A stretch of DNA of 60,823 nucleotides from an uncultured Alphaproteobacteria bacterium (GTDB lineage: Bacteria > Pseudomonadota > Alphaproteobacteria > SP197). This document shows positions 18,382 to 27,568 of the stretch, piece after piece; within the stretch, counting starts at the first letter, position 1; the number at the start of each line of letters is the position of its first letter. The DNA lies in contig CALIUG010000218.1 of the NCBI GenBank assembly GCA_938048755.1, positions 1 through 60,823 of the forward strand, given 5' to 3'. The notes under the pieces are model-generated. The model was not told the origin of the DNA. It saw nothing but the letters and a program-made list of their open reading frames with translations, and did no database searches. The position numbers were made by a program, and so were the translations under genes.

Positions 18382-20807
18382 GGCTGCTTGGCCTGACGCC
18401 GGTCGATGCCCCGATCCGAAAGCGCGCGGTCAAAGGCTTCCAATTGGGCCATGACGCGCCCGAAGACCGTGTCCTCGGGATAGTTGCCTTGCGCATCGGG
18501 TTCGCCCGCGGGCATGCCGGTGAGCAGTTCGATGGCATCGGCTGCCGTTGTCGCGCTCCAGATATGGAACTCTCCGGCTTTGACGGCTTCGACGACCTCG
18601 TCCTTCAGCACCAGATTGCGTTCGTTGCCGGCTGGCACGATGGCGCCCTGTTTGCCGGTCAGTCCGCGCTCCAGACAGGTACGGAAGAACCCTTCGATCT
18701 TGTGGTTGGCGCCGCCGATCACCTGAACCTCGCCGGTCTGGTTGAGCGAGCCCGTCATGGCGATGTCCTGGCGCATCGGCACGCCCGCCAGCGAGGAAAC
18801 GATGGCGCAGGTTTCGGCAAGCGAGGCGGAATCGCCCTCCACACCGCCATAGGATTGCTCGAAGGTGATCGAGCAGGAGAAGGAAAGCGGGAAGGAGCGC
18901 GCGAAGAGACCGTTGAGATAACCCTCAACAATCAGGGCGCCCTTCTGCTGGATCGGCCCGCCCATGGCGACACGCCGTTCGATGTTGACGATGCCATAGG
19001 CCCCGACATAGGTGCGCGCGGTGATGCGGCTGGGCAGGCCGAAGGAATGGTCGCCCATCTGCAGGACGACCAGTCCGTTGACCTGGCCTGTATCCTCACC
19101 ATCGGTGTCGATCAGAACGGAACCGTCGGTAATGCGCTGCAGGCTGCGTTCCTCGGCACGGCCGTTGCGGCGCCGGCGTTCGTTGATGGCGCGCGCAATG
19201 CACCCGGCAGTGATCGTGTCGCTGCCGGAAAGTTCGGCGGCCTCTGCCAGCAGGTCGGCGATGAGTTCAAAGCGAGAGGAGAGTTTCTCACGATCATCGG
19301 CCCAGCGTGCCGCATGGCCCAGCAACAGGTTGATCGCGCCGGCCTCCGCGACATGGCCCTGTTCGTTGGCCTGGCGCTGGATCAGGCGGGCGAACAGGGC
19401 AACGTCTTCATCGGTGGTCGGGACATAGGGGTCGATCTCGGCCTTGACCTTGAAATAGGAGCGGAAGTCCTGATCGGCCGAGAGCAGGCGGTAATACCAG
19501 GTTGGCGCACCGACCAGCACGACCTTGACGTCGAGCGGAATGGCCTTGGGCTTGGGTGTCCCGGTCAGGGGCACGCCGCCATAGCGGTGCAGTTCCTCGA
19601 TGCGGATTTCCTGATCGCGCAGTGCGCCTTTCAGAAAGTGCCAGGCGACCTGCTGGGCTGCAATGGCGTCGGCGCGCAGGACCAGGATGCCACCATTGGC
19701 CCGGTGCAGCGCACCACCCCGGATCATGGTGAAATCGGTGTGGAGCGAGCCTGAAACCGGCAGGTACTCGATCGCGCCAAAAAGGTTCTCGTAGGTCGGA
19801 TTGGGTTCCAGCACGACGTTGGGATGTTTGGTGTCCCCGTTATCGACGATCAGATTGACGGCGTAACGACGCGTCAGTTCCGATGGCCCCTGGGTCGCGG
19901 GTTTGGTGCCGCCCTGTCCCTGGGATTGCTGGTCGGCGTGATCGGCCGGTGCTTCACCCTGAAAGAGATGCAGGTTGTCGAGAATGTCGCTGCGCAACTC
20001 GACCAGCCAGCGGGTCAGGCCCTGGTGGCCGCCATAACTGGATTCCAGTTCGGCCAGCAGGGTCGCGGTGGTCTCATCGGCAATGGTGCGGTTCACCTCG
20101 CGCACACGCCGGGTGAGGTCCAGTTCCTCCCGCCTGGCGGTGGCGCGCATCTCGATCATGGCGGGATTGAGTGTTTCGACTGCTTCTTCCAGCTTCTTGC
20201 GGTCTTGCTCGGGCAGGGCAAGAAGTTCTTCCTGGCTGACCGGCTTGCCGTCCTCTCCCATCATGACCAGCGACAGGCCCTGAGGGCCCGACCAGACATC
20301 CAGGCCGTGGGCGCGGGCCATCTCGCGCAGCTTGCCATAGGAGGCATCAAGATTGGCCTTGGTTTCCTCCTGGGCCAGGCGAATCTGGTCGGCATAGGCG
20401 TCCGAGGTGAAGGCCTTGCGCAGGGCATCGGTCAGCGCGGGCAGGAGTTCAGCCATGTCGTCGCGGAAGGCGCGGCCCTTGCCGGCGGGCAGGCGCACCG
20501 GGCGCGGCTTGTGGGTGCGCCGGAAGTTGTTGAGATAGACCCAGTCATCGCTGGGCGGTTTGCCCGCGACATGGGCGGTCAGGTAGCCCCGCGTGGCGTC
20601 CATGCGCCCGGACCGGTCCTCGCCCAGAACGAAGGTGTTGTAACCCTCGTCATCCATGGACAGGGCAAAGTCGAGCGCTTCACGCGCCAGCGTGTGGGAG
20701 GACAGATCAAAGAGCCGAGCCTCTTCCAGACCTGCGGTTCCCGCATCGAACCGCCCCTCGAAATCGGGTTTGCCTACATCGTCATGGCCGAGTTTTCTGG
20801 CTGTCAT
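18378..20807 (-). CDS. Lon-like (LonB/YcbZ-type) AAA protease
   Basis: ALHRANGGILVL, EQSYGGVEGDSAS (catalytic Ser), GGANHKIEGFF (catalytic Lys). Confidence 0.88.
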   Translation of the reverse strand: MTARKLGHDDVGKPDFEGRFDAGTAGLEEARLFDLSSHTLAREALDFALSMDDEGYNTFVLGEDRSGRMDATRGYLTAHVAGKPPSDDWVYLNNFRRTHKPRPVRLPAGKGRAFRDDMAELLPALTDALRKAFTSDAYADQIRLAQEETKANLDASYGKLREMARAHGLDVWSGPQGLSLVMMGEDGKPVSQEELLALPEQDRKKLEEAVETLNPAMIEMRATARREELDLTRRVREVNRTIADETTATLLAELESSYGGHQGLTRWLVELRSDILDNLHLFQGEAPADHADQQSQGQGGTKPATQGPSELTRRYAVNLIVDNGDTKHPNVVLEPNPTYENLFGAIEYLPVSGSLHTDFTMIRGGALHRANGGILVLRADAIAAQQVAWHFLKGALRDQEIRIEELHRYGGVPLTGTPKPKAIPLDVKVVLVGAPTWYYRLLSADQDFRSYFKVKAEIDPYVPTTDEDVALFARLIQRQANEQGHVAEAGAINLLLGHAARWADDREKLSSRFELIADLLAEAAELSGSDTITAGCIARAINERRRRNGRAEERSLQRITDGSVLIDTDGEDTGQVNGLVVLQMGDHSFGLPSRITARTYVGAYGIVNIERRVAMGGPIQQKGALIVEGYLNGLFARSFPLSFSCSITFEQSYGGVEGDSASLAETCAIVSSLAGVPMRQDIAMTGSLNQTGEVQVIGGANHKIEGFFRTCLERGLTGKQGAIVPAGNERNLVLKDEVVEAVKAGEFHIWSATTAADAIELLTGMPAGEPDAQGNYPEDTVFGRVMAQLEAFDRALSDRGIDRRQAKQP

Positions 20808-20924
20808 CGTTACCTCGCATATGGGCCACCAGCCTACTGTCTGATCATCGACTGGGCCAGTGCCGCCATATCAACCCTGATGTGATGATGGCAACATACA
20901 CAGCAGGCAGGATTGCGTAGATTG

Positions 20925-21833
20925 ATGGCGATGTCTGAGAGATTTCTTGGATACGAGCGTGACGCGCTCGACCGGCAATACGACCTGATCGGCCAGCAGG
21001 GCGAGCGGTTCGATGTCTATTGCAGGCTCTATGAGAGCCTTTCCGACCATGCACGCACGGCGTTTCCCCACGCGGATCTTGATGTTGATTGCGGCGAGGG
21101 TCTGGTGATGGACCTGTTTCCGGCCGAACAGCCCGACGCGCCGATCCTGCTGTTTCTCCCCGGCGGTCTGACGGCAAACCGCAACCGGCGTGACGTCGCC
21201 TTTCTGGCCTCGGGCCTTGTGCCCCATGGTTGCGCCCTGGCGCTGGCCGACGGCTGCCAGCCCCAGAACGGCAACGTCATCCATGCCATCGACAACGCAC
21301 GCCGCGCGGTGCTCTGGCTGCGCGCCCATGCCGATCGCCTGAACGGTGATGCCGGACGCATTGTTGTCATGGGCCAGGGACTGGGTGTGGTCCCGGCCGC
21401 GCTGACCCTGACAGCGGACTGGTCCTATTATGATGAGGACGCGGCTCCTGAAGCACCTGTTGCCGGATTGGCCGGGATTTCGGGCATTTTTGATCTGGAG
21501 CCGGTGCACCGGTGTTTCCTCAACGGCATGGTCCAGCTGGATGCCGCCATGACCAAGACTTACGCGCCGCTGGTGCTGGCATCGTCCATCCCCAAACCGA
21601 GGCCGTCGGTCTGGCTGGCGGTCGGTGCACAGGAAACCGACGAATATCATCGTCAGATGCTGGCTTACGGCATGGCTGCGGAAGCATCCGAATGCACCGT
21701 GACGGCTTCTACGGAAACCGATCACAACCATTTTTCCCTGCTCGCCGAGTTGGGCGACCCATCAAGTGTGTTCACAAAACGGTTGATCGACTGGGTCCTA
21801 CACCCTGCAGTTGGCGAAAGCATCCCTATATAA
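20925..21833 (+). CDS. Alpha/beta hydrolase, arylformamidase-like, nucleophile motif degenerate
   Basis: PILLFLPGG, RIVVMGQGLG (no Ser), SGIFDLEP, HNHFS. Confidence 0.75.
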   Translation: MAMSERFLGYERDALDRQYDLIGQQGERFDVYCRLYESLSDHARTAFPHADLDVDCGEGLVMDLFPAEQPDAPILLFLPGGLTANRNRRDVAFLASGLVPHGCALALADGCQPQNGNVIHAIDNARRAVLWLRAHADRLNGDAGRIVVMGQGLGVVPAALTLTADWSYYDEDAAPEAPVAGLAGISGIFDLEPVHRCFLNGMVQLDAAMTKTYAPLVLASSIPKPRPSVWLAVGAQETDEYHRQMLAYGMAAEASECTVTASTETDHNHFSLLAELGDPSSVFTKRLIDWVLHPAVGESIPI

Positions 21834-21892
21834 GGCGGTGTGGACGGGGTGTGTTGCCCCATATGACTAGACAGCCAAACGGGGGTTCCCTG

Positions 21893-22579
21893 ATGTCCGG
21901 CCGAACGATTCTGATCGTCGATGATGACGAAGCACTGCGCCATTCCCTTGCCGAACAGCTTCATTTGCATGAGGAGTTCGATGTTGAGGAATGCGGCACG
22001 GGCACCGAAGCCCTGGAAATCAGCAAGGATGACCGTTTCGACCTGGTCCTGCTGGATGTCGGCCTGCCCGACATGGACGGGCGCGAACTGTGCCGCCTGA
22101 TGCGCCGGGCCGGTCAGAAGATGCCGATCATCATGCTGACGGCGGCCGATGGCGAGGCCGACACCATCCTGGGCCTGGAATCAGGCGCCAACGACTACGT
22201 GACCAAGCCGTTCCGCCTTGGCGTGTTGCTGGCACGGGTGCGTGCCCAGCTGCGCCAGCACGAACAGAGCGAGGATGCGGTCTTCAACATCGGCCCCTAT
22301 ACGTTCAAGCCTGCGGCGAAACTTCTGGTCCATGACGAAACCAGCCAGAAGGTGCGCCTGACCGAAAAGGAGGCTTCGATCCTGAAGTTCCTCTATCGGG
22401 CCGGAAACAAGGCCGTGGGCCGCGACGTCCTGCTCGATCAGGTCTGGGGCTACAACGCCGGCGTGGCGACCCATACCCTGGAAACCCACATCTACCGCCT
22501 GCGCCAGAAGATCGAGGATGACCCCTCCGACGCCCGCCTGCTGATTACCGAGCCCGGCGGGTACCGGTTGAATCCGTGA
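21893..22579 (+). CDS. cenR: OmpR-family response regulator CenR
   Basis: LAEQLHLHEEF, DVGLPDMDGRELC, QLRQHEQSEDAVF, RLTEKE, WGYNAGVATHTLETHIYRLRQKIE match the conserved alphaproteobacterial CenR as I recall it. Confidence 0.8.
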   Translation: MSGRTILIVDDDEALRHSLAEQLHLHEEFDVEECGTGTEALEISKDDRFDLVLLDVGLPDMDGRELCRLMRRAGQKMPIIMLTAADGEADTILGLESGANDYVTKPFRLGVLLARVRAQLRQHEQSEDAVFNIGPYTFKPAAKLLVHDETSQKVRLTEKEASILKFLYRAGNKAVGRDVLLDQVWGYNAGVATHTLETHIYRLRQKIEDDPSDARLLITEPGGYRLNP

Positions 22580-22627
22580 GAAGGTAGGCGGGTTTCCTGA
22601 TTTCGGGAGCCGGTGCGGGCTCGGTTT

Positions 22628-22999
22628 TTTATGTTTGTTCCCTCAAGCGCCGGGCGCGTGCTCCGCACGCTTGGCTTCCGCCGCATGCGCGGCGCCGGTG
22701 CGGTCGCACCGGTCGGCGGCCGCTGCGCTCTCGCCGCCGATTGCCTGCTCACCGCCGGTGCAGGGTGCCTGTAGCGACCATCTCAGATTTGTGTCACCCC
22801 GGCCTTGAGCCGGGGCCTCGACAGGCAGGCACTGCACTCTCTAGCTCCCGGATAACCGCGTTGCGGTTTCCGGGATGACACCCCTTGGGGTGGTTTGTAG
22901 GCGAGAGGCCCCATTTGGGGCCGAGGGGAGCGACTGCGACCCCGCCGCGATAGCGGCGTAAGCCAAACGAGCGGAGCGAGTGCCGGCGACTGAGGCTAA
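22628..22999. repeat. Composite REPIN/MITE-like element, second full copy (family-A REP at 22791-22881)
   Basis: Reverse complement of 22960-22999 matches 5771-5810 at 38/40 nt. Left and right arms match those of the 5764-6157 copy. Confidence 0.82.
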
Positions 23000-23892
23000 A
23001 CTATAGAATCCCCCAGCCGCCGTGCATCCTCCAGGGCCCAGGCCTCCTCTTCCTTGTTCCCGGTCTTGCGCGCGATGGCGAGCGAGATCAGGACGTTGTG
23101 CCAGGTGGCCAGGTGCAGGCGCTCTTCGTCGAACATCCGGCCGGTGATGCCTTCATAGGCTTCCGCGAAGATGGGAAAGAAGATTGGGATGAGCGCCAGG
23201 TGGCACATTTCCCCCTCGCGCCAGTCCCGTCGGGCCTCGGCCCAGTCGATCAGACCGGTCAGACGGCCCTCGAAATCGATCAGCAGGTTGGTCGTGTTGA
23301 TGTCGCCGTGACAGGGCACGGTGGCAGGGTCGTCGGGTAGGCTTTCGCCCGAGCGGGCGATCGCCTCGATCAGCTCTGGACCTGCGACATCGCTGGTCAC
23401 GCTTGCTATTTCTTCGAGGTCGCGCAGGTCGGATTTGGCCTGGGCATCCGGGAAGGACAGTTCCGCGCCAAGACCATGCAGGGCCGCCAGGGTTTCGGCC
23501 AGATCGTGGGCCAGACGCTCGCGTTCGGCCTGGGGCAGACCCTCGATCAGGTCATCGTCCAAAGGCGTGCCCGGCACTTTCTCCAGGCGCATCCAGGCAA
23601 CAAATCCGGCCTCGCCCGCAGCAGAAGCGGCGCCGAACCGGTCGGAATCGATCAGCTCGGGCATGCGGACCGGCAGGGTGACCTCTTCCAGCGCATTGAG
23701 GGTGTCGCATTCGGCCTGCCATTTCTCCAGGCCATTGCCGATGCCCGCCTCGCCGCGGATCAGCTTGAGCACCGTGTCATCGGCAAGATCATAGACGTCG
23801 CCCCACAGGCCCCGGCCCAGGCGGGTGATGTCGGAGAGTTCGGCGGTTGCGCCGCTGGCCTTGAGGGCCTGGATCAGTTCGGGCGTGTTCAT
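22996..23892 (-). CDS. Aminoglycoside phosphotransferase/choline kinase-like protein
   Basis: GRGLWGDVY, Brenner motif CHGDINTTNLL, GLIDWAEA. Start at ATG 23892. Confidence 0.82.
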   Translation of the reverse strand: MNTPELIQALKASGATAELSDITRLGRGLWGDVYDLADDTVLKLIRGEAGIGNGLEKWQAECDTLNALEEVTLPVRMPELIDSDRFGAASAAGEAGFVAWMRLEKVPGTPLDDDLIEGLPQAERERLAHDLAETLAALHGLGAELSFPDAQAKSDLRDLEEIASVTSDVAGPELIEAIARSGESLPDDPATVPCHGDINTTNLLIDFEGRLTGLIDWAEARRDWREGEMCHLALIPIFFPIFAEAYEGITGRMFDEERLHLATWHNVLISLAIARKTGNKEEEAWALEDARRLGDSIV

Positions 23893-25100
23893 GCAGCCAT
23901 CTTGTTGTTGAGGATCGCGCGGGCCATCACGACACCGGCGATGGTGGAAACAAAGGTGATCGCACCGAAGATCAGGCCGACTTCGTGCCAGCCGCCAAAG
24001 CCGATCAACCAGCCGGCCAGGATCGGTGTTGCAAAGATGCCCAGATTCCTTCCTGCCATCAGCGGGCCAAAGGCGGTCGGTCCCGCGCGATCGCCCCCCA
24101 GCAGCCTTCCGGGAACGGCAAACAGGCAGGTCGGCGCCGCACCTGAGACGATGCCGTAAAGCGTGATGGCAACCAGACCTGCCATGGCGCCCATATAGGG
24201 TGCTGCAATCCAGACCACGGCCTGGATCAGGGTTGCTCCGCCAAACAGCAGGCCAAGCGGCACGCCCTTGCGCAGCAGCCAGCCCGTGGAAAGGCCGCTC
24301 AGCAGAACGCCGACGACACACAGGGCATTGGCAGCCGCAGCGGTGTGGGCGCCAACACCGAAGGTGTCGACCATGTAATCGGGCAGCCAGGTCATGAAGG
24401 CGATGTACTGGCCGCCCCAGATGGCAAAGACGATGCCGGCAAACCACAGAAGGGTCTGTTCGCGCTGCGTCGTGGAGAATGCCGTGGCCCCGTCCGCCAG
24501 TCCGGCCAGAGCGTGGGAGACCGGCTTCCAGCGCAGCCACAGCCACACGCCGACCAGCGCGGTCAGGACAACCGAGACCCACCAGAGCGGTTGCCAGCCA
24601 TAGGTATGGAAGGTGAGGTATCCCACGCCCAGCGCCAGGATCTGGCCCACCGGCACCCAGATTGCGACAATGCCGGCAACGCTCGAAAGATCCTTTTCGA
24701 CCGCGCTGCGGTTGGCCAGCGCCGGCCCGGCAATGGCAAAGACGGCATAGGCAAAGCCCTCCAGCGCGCGCGCGGCAAGGTTGAGCCAGGCGATTTCCGG
24801 CAGGGCCAGGGTAATCAGGTTGCCGATCAAGAAAAACGCCAGTGAGCCGCCCATGATCACAACGGGATGGCGCGATGCCAGACGGCCCACGGCGACCGAG
24901 AGGACGAGGCCCGAAAGCGCATAGATCGAGACCAGAGCCCCTGCGGTGATCCGGTCATAGCCATAGGCATCGATCATCAGGGGCAGGGCCGGCGGCAGCT
25001 TCAGCATCTGGAAGGCGGCCAGCGAGGAAATCGCCAGCCCCAGCCAGATCCCGCCCCAGTCGCTTCTGCCGGAATCCATGTCCGGGGCGTTGAATGTCAT
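23889..25100 (-). CDS. MFS transporter
   Basis: About 12 hydrophobic segments, ARALEG motif. Confidence 0.85.
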   Translation of the reverse strand: MTFNAPDMDSGRSDWGGIWLGLAISSLAAFQMLKLPPALPLMIDAYGYDRITAGALVSIYALSGLVLSVAVGRLASRHPVVIMGGSLAFFLIGNLITLALPEIAWLNLAARALEGFAYAVFAIAGPALANRSAVEKDLSSVAGIVAIWVPVGQILALGVGYLTFHTYGWQPLWWVSVVLTALVGVWLWLRWKPVSHALAGLADGATAFSTTQREQTLLWFAGIVFAIWGGQYIAFMTWLPDYMVDTFGVGAHTAAAANALCVVGVLLSGLSTGWLLRKGVPLGLLFGGATLIQAVVWIAAPYMGAMAGLVAITLYGIVSGAAPTCLFAVPGRLLGGDRAGPTAFGPLMAGRNLGIFATPILAGWLIGFGGWHEVGLIFGAITFVSTIAGVVMARAILNNKMAA

Positions 25101-25109
25101 TGCTGCAGC

Positions 25110-25664
25110 CTAACCGGCGGTGATTTCGTCCAGGGTCACCAGGGCGTGGAAGGGGATGTTGGCGTTTTCATAGAGTTCCCTGCCGCCTTTCAGGCGGTCG
25201 ACCACAGTGATGACACCGGCGACCTCGCCGCCTTCGGCGCGCACGGCTTCAACCGCGGTCATGGTGGAACCGCCCGTGGTCATGGTGTCTTCCAGCAGGA
25301 TGACCTGGTCGCCTTCCTGCATCTGGCCTTCGATCTGGCGCTGGGTGCCCCGCGTCTTGGCCTTGTCGCGCACATAAAAGCCGCGCAGGGGCTTGTTGCC
25401 CGATGCGCTGGCCATGACGACGGCGGTGACCACGGGAATCGCCGCCGTGGCCATGCCGCCCACGGCGGTGACATCGGAATCGGTCAGATGTTCGGCCAGC
25501 ATCGCGCCGATCAGGGTGGCGCCCTGCGGGTGCATGGTGACGCGGCGCAGGTCGATATAGACGCTGGCGCGTTCGCCCGAAGCGAGTTCGAAATCGCCGC
25601 CGCTCAACAGGGCGTGTTCGCGGATCAGGGTCAGCAGCTGTTCCTTGGCCGATGGGGTGCTCAT
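25110..25664 (-). CDS. pyrE: Orotate phosphoribosyltransferase
   Basis: GDFELASGERASVYIDLR, VRDKAKTRG, ILLEDTMTTGGS. Confidence 0.9.
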   Translation of the reverse strand: MSTPSAKEQLLTLIREHALLSGGDFELASGERASVYIDLRRVTMHPQGATLIGAMLAEHLTDSDVTAVGGMATAAIPVVTAVVMASASGNKPLRGFYVRDKAKTRGTQRQIEGQMQEGDQVILLEDTMTTGGSTMTAVEAVRAEGGEVAGVITVVDRLKGGRELYENANIPFHALVTLDEITAG

Positions 25665-25801
25665 CACAATGTTCCGATTCTGGCTGTGCGCCTTGCGGTG
25701 CGGGTGGTCCCGGTTCACGGGAGGGTATACCCTGCAGCCATGGTTGGATGCGAGCGTGATTCTCGCCGGGACGTGGACATCATGGGACAAGAGCAAACGC
25801 C

Positions 25802-26632
25802 GTGACGGAAGCTGACGACTTTTTCGTCCGGTTCTGGGGTGTGCGTGGCAGCATTGTCTGCCCCGGCCCTGCGACCGTGCGATATGGCGGCAACACCTCC
25901 TGCCTGGAGGTGCGTTGTGGCCCGCATCTGTTGATCATGGATGCCGGCACGGGCCTGCGCGGGCTGGATCTCTCCCTGCCCGACGGGCCGCTCGACGCCG
26001 ACCTTTTCATGACCCATACCCATCTCGACCATGTCTGTGGCTGGCCCTATCTCAGCGTGCTCAACCATGCCGAAACGAAACTCACCGCCTGGTCGGGTCA
26101 TCTCAAGGCGCCCCATACCCTGGAAAGCGTGCTCGAACGGTTCCTGAAGGACCCGGTGACACCGGTGACCGAAACCTCGCTCAGGGCCGACATCACCTGG
26201 AAGGCCTTTCAGGTCGGTGACGTGCTGGAACCACGTGATGGCATCACGATCCGCACCACGCCGCTCAACCATCCCAACGGCGCCACCGGCTACAGGATCG
26301 AATATGGCGGCCGCTCGATCTGTTATGTCACCGATACCGAGCATGTCATCGGAGAGCCCGACCGGAACATCCTGGGCCTGATCGAGGGTGCAGACCTGAT
26401 GATCTACGATGCGACCTATACCGATGAGCAGTTCCCCAACTTCGTGACCTGGGGCCATTCGACCTGGGAGGAAGGTGTGCGCCTGTGTGACGCCGCCGGT
26501 GTGGAGACCTTTGTCGTGTTTCATCATGATCCCGGTCATGACGATGACCGCATGGACGCGATTGCTGCCGATCTGGAAGCGGTACGCCCCGGTTCGGTCG
26601 TCGCGCGTGAAGGCATGGTGTTGCGGCCGTGA
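25802..26632 (+). CDS. MBL-fold metallohydrolase (possible cyclic-nucleotide phosphodiesterase)
   Basis: FWGVRGSI, YGGNTSC, DAGTG, THTHLDH, LNHPNG, YVTDTEH, WGHST, FHHDP. Confidence 0.88.
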   Translation: MTEADDFFVRFWGVRGSIVCPGPATVRYGGNTSCLEVRCGPHLLIMDAGTGLRGLDLSLPDGPLDADLFMTHTHLDHVCGWPYLSVLNHAETKLTAWSGHLKAPHTLESVLERFLKDPVTPVTETSLRADITWKAFQVGDVLEPRDGITIRTTPLNHPNGATGYRIEYGGRSICYVTDTEHVIGEPDRNILGLIEGADLMIYDATYTDEQFPNFVTWGHSTWEEGVRLCDAAGVETFVVFHHDPGHDDDRMDAIAADLEAVRPGSVVAREGMVLRP

Positions 26633-27483
26633 GCGGATTGCGCACCAGCCTGCGCCGCATGGGCCTGGGACTTGCCACGGTCACAGGTATGGCCCGGCGC
26701 GGATTCTTCATTCCCTATCGTTATGCCGACACCCTGCCCGGCCCGGGCGCACGCACGCCCTATGAGGCCATCGAGCGGCTGTTTCACGATCATGCCGCTG
26801 TGTTTGCCGCGACCCTCTCAAAGGCCGGTGAGTTTGCCGGTGATCTCCAGGCCATCGGTGCGGATGACCCGGCGCCGGGGCCGCGCTGGAACCAGGACTG
26901 GTTTCCCCGCATGGATGCTGCGATTGCCTATTCCATGGTCCGGGCGGCGGAACCGTCCCGCATCGTCGAAGTGGGATCAGGCCACAGCACGCGCTTCATG
27001 GCGTGCGCCATCCGCGACGGCAGGTTGGTCACGCACCTGACGGCAATCGATCCGGCACCGCGTGCGGCCATCGACACGCTCGAGATCGATATCGTGCGCG
27101 AACCTGTGCACCGGGCCGATCCCTCGGTATTCGCCGCGCTGAAGCCGGGCGATATCCTGTTCATCGATTCCAGCCATATCGCCATGCCCGGTTCGGATGT
27201 CGATCTGCTTTTCAATCGCGTCCTGCCGGAACTGCCGGCCGGCGTGCTGGTCCATATTCACGACATCTTTCTGCCCGATGACTATCCCGCATCCTGGGAT
27301 TGGCGTGGCTACAACGAACAGCTCGCCGTTCTGCCGCTCCTGACTTCGGGTGCATGGCAGCCACTCTTCTCCAGCCGTTACATGGCAACCCGTCAGGCCG
27401 AGACACTGGCGGCAAGCCCGGTCGGCGGGCTGCCCATGCCGACCGGTGCCATGGAAACCAGCCTGTGGCTGCAGCGGCGATGA
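26629..27483 (+). CDS. Class I SAM-dependent methyltransferase (Methyltransf_24-like)
   Basis: IVEVGSGHST, LFIDSSH, VHIHDIFLP, YNEQ. GTGA overlap with the MBL gene. Confidence 0.82.
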   Translation: MSGLRTSLRRMGLGLATVTGMARRGFFIPYRYADTLPGPGARTPYEAIERLFHDHAAVFAATLSKAGEFAGDLQAIGADDPAPGPRWNQDWFPRMDAAIAYSMVRAAEPSRIVEVGSGHSTRFMACAIRDGRLVTHLTAIDPAPRAAIDTLEIDIVREPVHRADPSVFAALKPGDILFIDSSHIAMPGSDVDLLFNRVLPELPAGVLVHIHDIFLPDDYPASWDWRGYNEQLAVLPLLTSGAWQPLFSSRYMATRQAETLAASPVGGLPMPTGAMETSLWLQRR

Positions 27484-27568
27484 GAGATATCACGCCGCCG
27501 ACACGCGGTTATGACGCCGGGTTATCGCCAGGCGCGGTAGACAGGGCGCTCTGCAAAGGACGGCACGC

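Noticed and set aside
22996-24582. 528-aa APH ORF and other long N-terminal extensions in the ORF track (1875, 3782, 21512, 35303, 43822)
   Set aside because: The extensions overlap neighbouring genes in other frames. Downstream starts with RBS or ATGA coupling fit better.
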